Part shown: piece after piece, positions 62,401-64,000 of the stretch
How the letters are laid out: each line of letters opens with the position of its first letter
How positions within the stretch are numbered: the stretch's first letter is position 1
From: Mobula hypostoma
Lineage: Eukaryota
Assembly: GCF_963921235.1 (NCBI RefSeq)
Contig: NC_086097.1
Location: 193,256,001-193,320,000 of the forward strand
Direction of reading: 5' to 3'
Length of the DNA: 64,000 nucleotides
Position numbers and translations under genes: made by a program
The notes under the pieces: generated by a model
The model's database searches: none
The model's input: only the letters and a program-made list of their open reading frames with translations
What the model was told of the DNA's origin: nothing

Positions 62401-63164
62401 CATGAACTCCCTGCCACCAGCCAGGTTTCATCAAAAATAAAGCACCTGTAGCATAATACTGTTTACTTTTTAAACTTGTATTATAAATGCATCATATTAT
62501 TTGTTAATTTACATATGCTATTATTACTTATGTGTTGTGTGTGAGTTTAACGATAAACTGAAATTTACTTGTAATGAAATATGTAAAAAAAACTCAGATG
62601 GAAGCCAAGTCAGAAGGATTGCATCTATTTGTCATTGCAGCATCTTACAAAATACTCAGCATTCTTCAAGAAGAAAGTTTGCTTAATTGGTACTGGTTTC
62701 AGAAACCACTTATTCCATTAGTGACAGAACAGAACATCAGTGCAGCAGCTTAGCATGTTCAATTCGATCACAGCTCCCAGCCCAGCAACTTCCACGTCTA
62801 CATAGCTCAAGTGTTGAAGCATTACAAATTTATAACCAGTGGGTTTCCCCTTCACTGACCAATCTGACATGACCATACACAACCACTGGTGTCAATCAAT
62901 GTCCTACAGCTCTTAACAGACATTCTGACCTCAAAATCACCACAATCCTTGGTGCTTCAAAGGCAGCTCACACCAAAGAATCAGCTGGGCAATTAATGCA
63001 AGAACAAGCATGGTTAAAAAAGTAGATGGCACATTTGCTTCATTCAGTCACCCAGTCTTCCTCCCCTGCTACCCAGCCATGATCAGCCTTCACTTAGCTG
63101 TGCAGCTCTGTAAAGCTGAGCCTGTGCATGCCTGGATTCCACAAGTTTCCCATCTATTTATTTA

Positions 63165-63390
63165 GTGACACACAATGCAGAATAGGCCTTTCGAGCACCC
63201 TTGGCCAGCGGTCCCCCAGTGCAATCTGAGCCTAATCACGGGACAATTTACAATGACCTACCAACTGGTAGCACATGAAGTAAACCCATGGGGAGAACGT
63301 ACATACTCCTTACAGACAGTGGTGGGAATTGAACCCGAGTCGCTGGTACTGTAAATCAATGTGTTAACCACTATGCTACCATGGCACCCA
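63165..63390 (-). mobile_element. tRNA-derived SINE (V-SINE/HE1-like)
   Basis: - strand head ggtagcatagtggttaac...gggttcaattccc (A and B boxes), then tgtctgtaaggagtatgtacgttctccc. Confidence 0.75.
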
Positions 63391-64000
63391 TAGGAGAAGG
63401 TAGCACAATTAGGCCATTCAGCCCATCGGTGTCTACAAGCCCAGTCAAACATGGCTGATTATTTCTCTCTTAACCACATTCTTCTCACACTCACTCATCA
63501 AGAACCTATCAAACTCAGCTTTAAGTATACCCAAATGACTTGGCCTACATGGTCATCTATGGTAATGATTTCTACAGATTCATCACACTCTGGCTGAAAA
63601 AAAATCCTACTGATCTCTATTCAAAAGGTACATCTTTCTATTCTGAGGCCGGTCCTAGACCCTCCAATATTGGAAACATCGTCAACACGCCCACTCTCCC
63701 TAGGCCTATCATATCCAGTATAGACCATGGTAAAGCTGGACTTGCACTGAGTACCCAATTGTGGGGTGATACTCCCCTACTCTGAGACAGGAGCATATCA
63801 GCTAAAAGAGATAAGCAATTTAAAAATCCAGGTTGAGAATAAACAAATATTTTTAAGAGTTACACGTACAACTGCAATAATTATTATTCGTATCACTGAA
63901 TTCAAAGTCAGCTTAGACGCATAAACACATCCCCGACTGCATTATTCGTCAGAGACCCAAACCGCAATCCTTCATTAGCCAGCAACTGCAGACATCACCA

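Overview
Eukaryotic DNA, very probably from a cartilaginous fish (shark or ray, inferred from the repeat families). It holds the convergent 3' ends of two vertebrate genes. The last coding exon of a DLGAP/SAPAP gene (most likely DLGAP1) lies on + at 1733-1948. The last coding exon of TGIF1 lies on - at 52095-52664; I did not find its upstream exons in the window. The space between them and the TGIF1 intron are packed with nested retroelements: CR1, Rex1/Babar, RTE, L2/Crack and Vingi-like LINEs, tRNA-derived SINEs, two solo LTRs and a decayed Mag-like Gypsy with several inserts. There is also a full-length but dead 4.3-kb CsRn1/Kabuki-type Gypsy (CHCC gag, tRNA-Trp PBS, GGGAAAC frameshift site plus stem). 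Many Penelope-like (GIY-YIG) pieces carry a minimal hammerhead ribozyme motif in their terminal repeat and recur as fold-back pairs. Smaller oddities are a circularly permuted inverted duplication in the TGIF1 intron, short templated captures, and paired miR-19/miR-92 8mer sites after the TGIF1 stop. Most of these belong to known classes; novelty in this lineage cannot be established without database searches. Boundaries of degenerate repeats are approximate.
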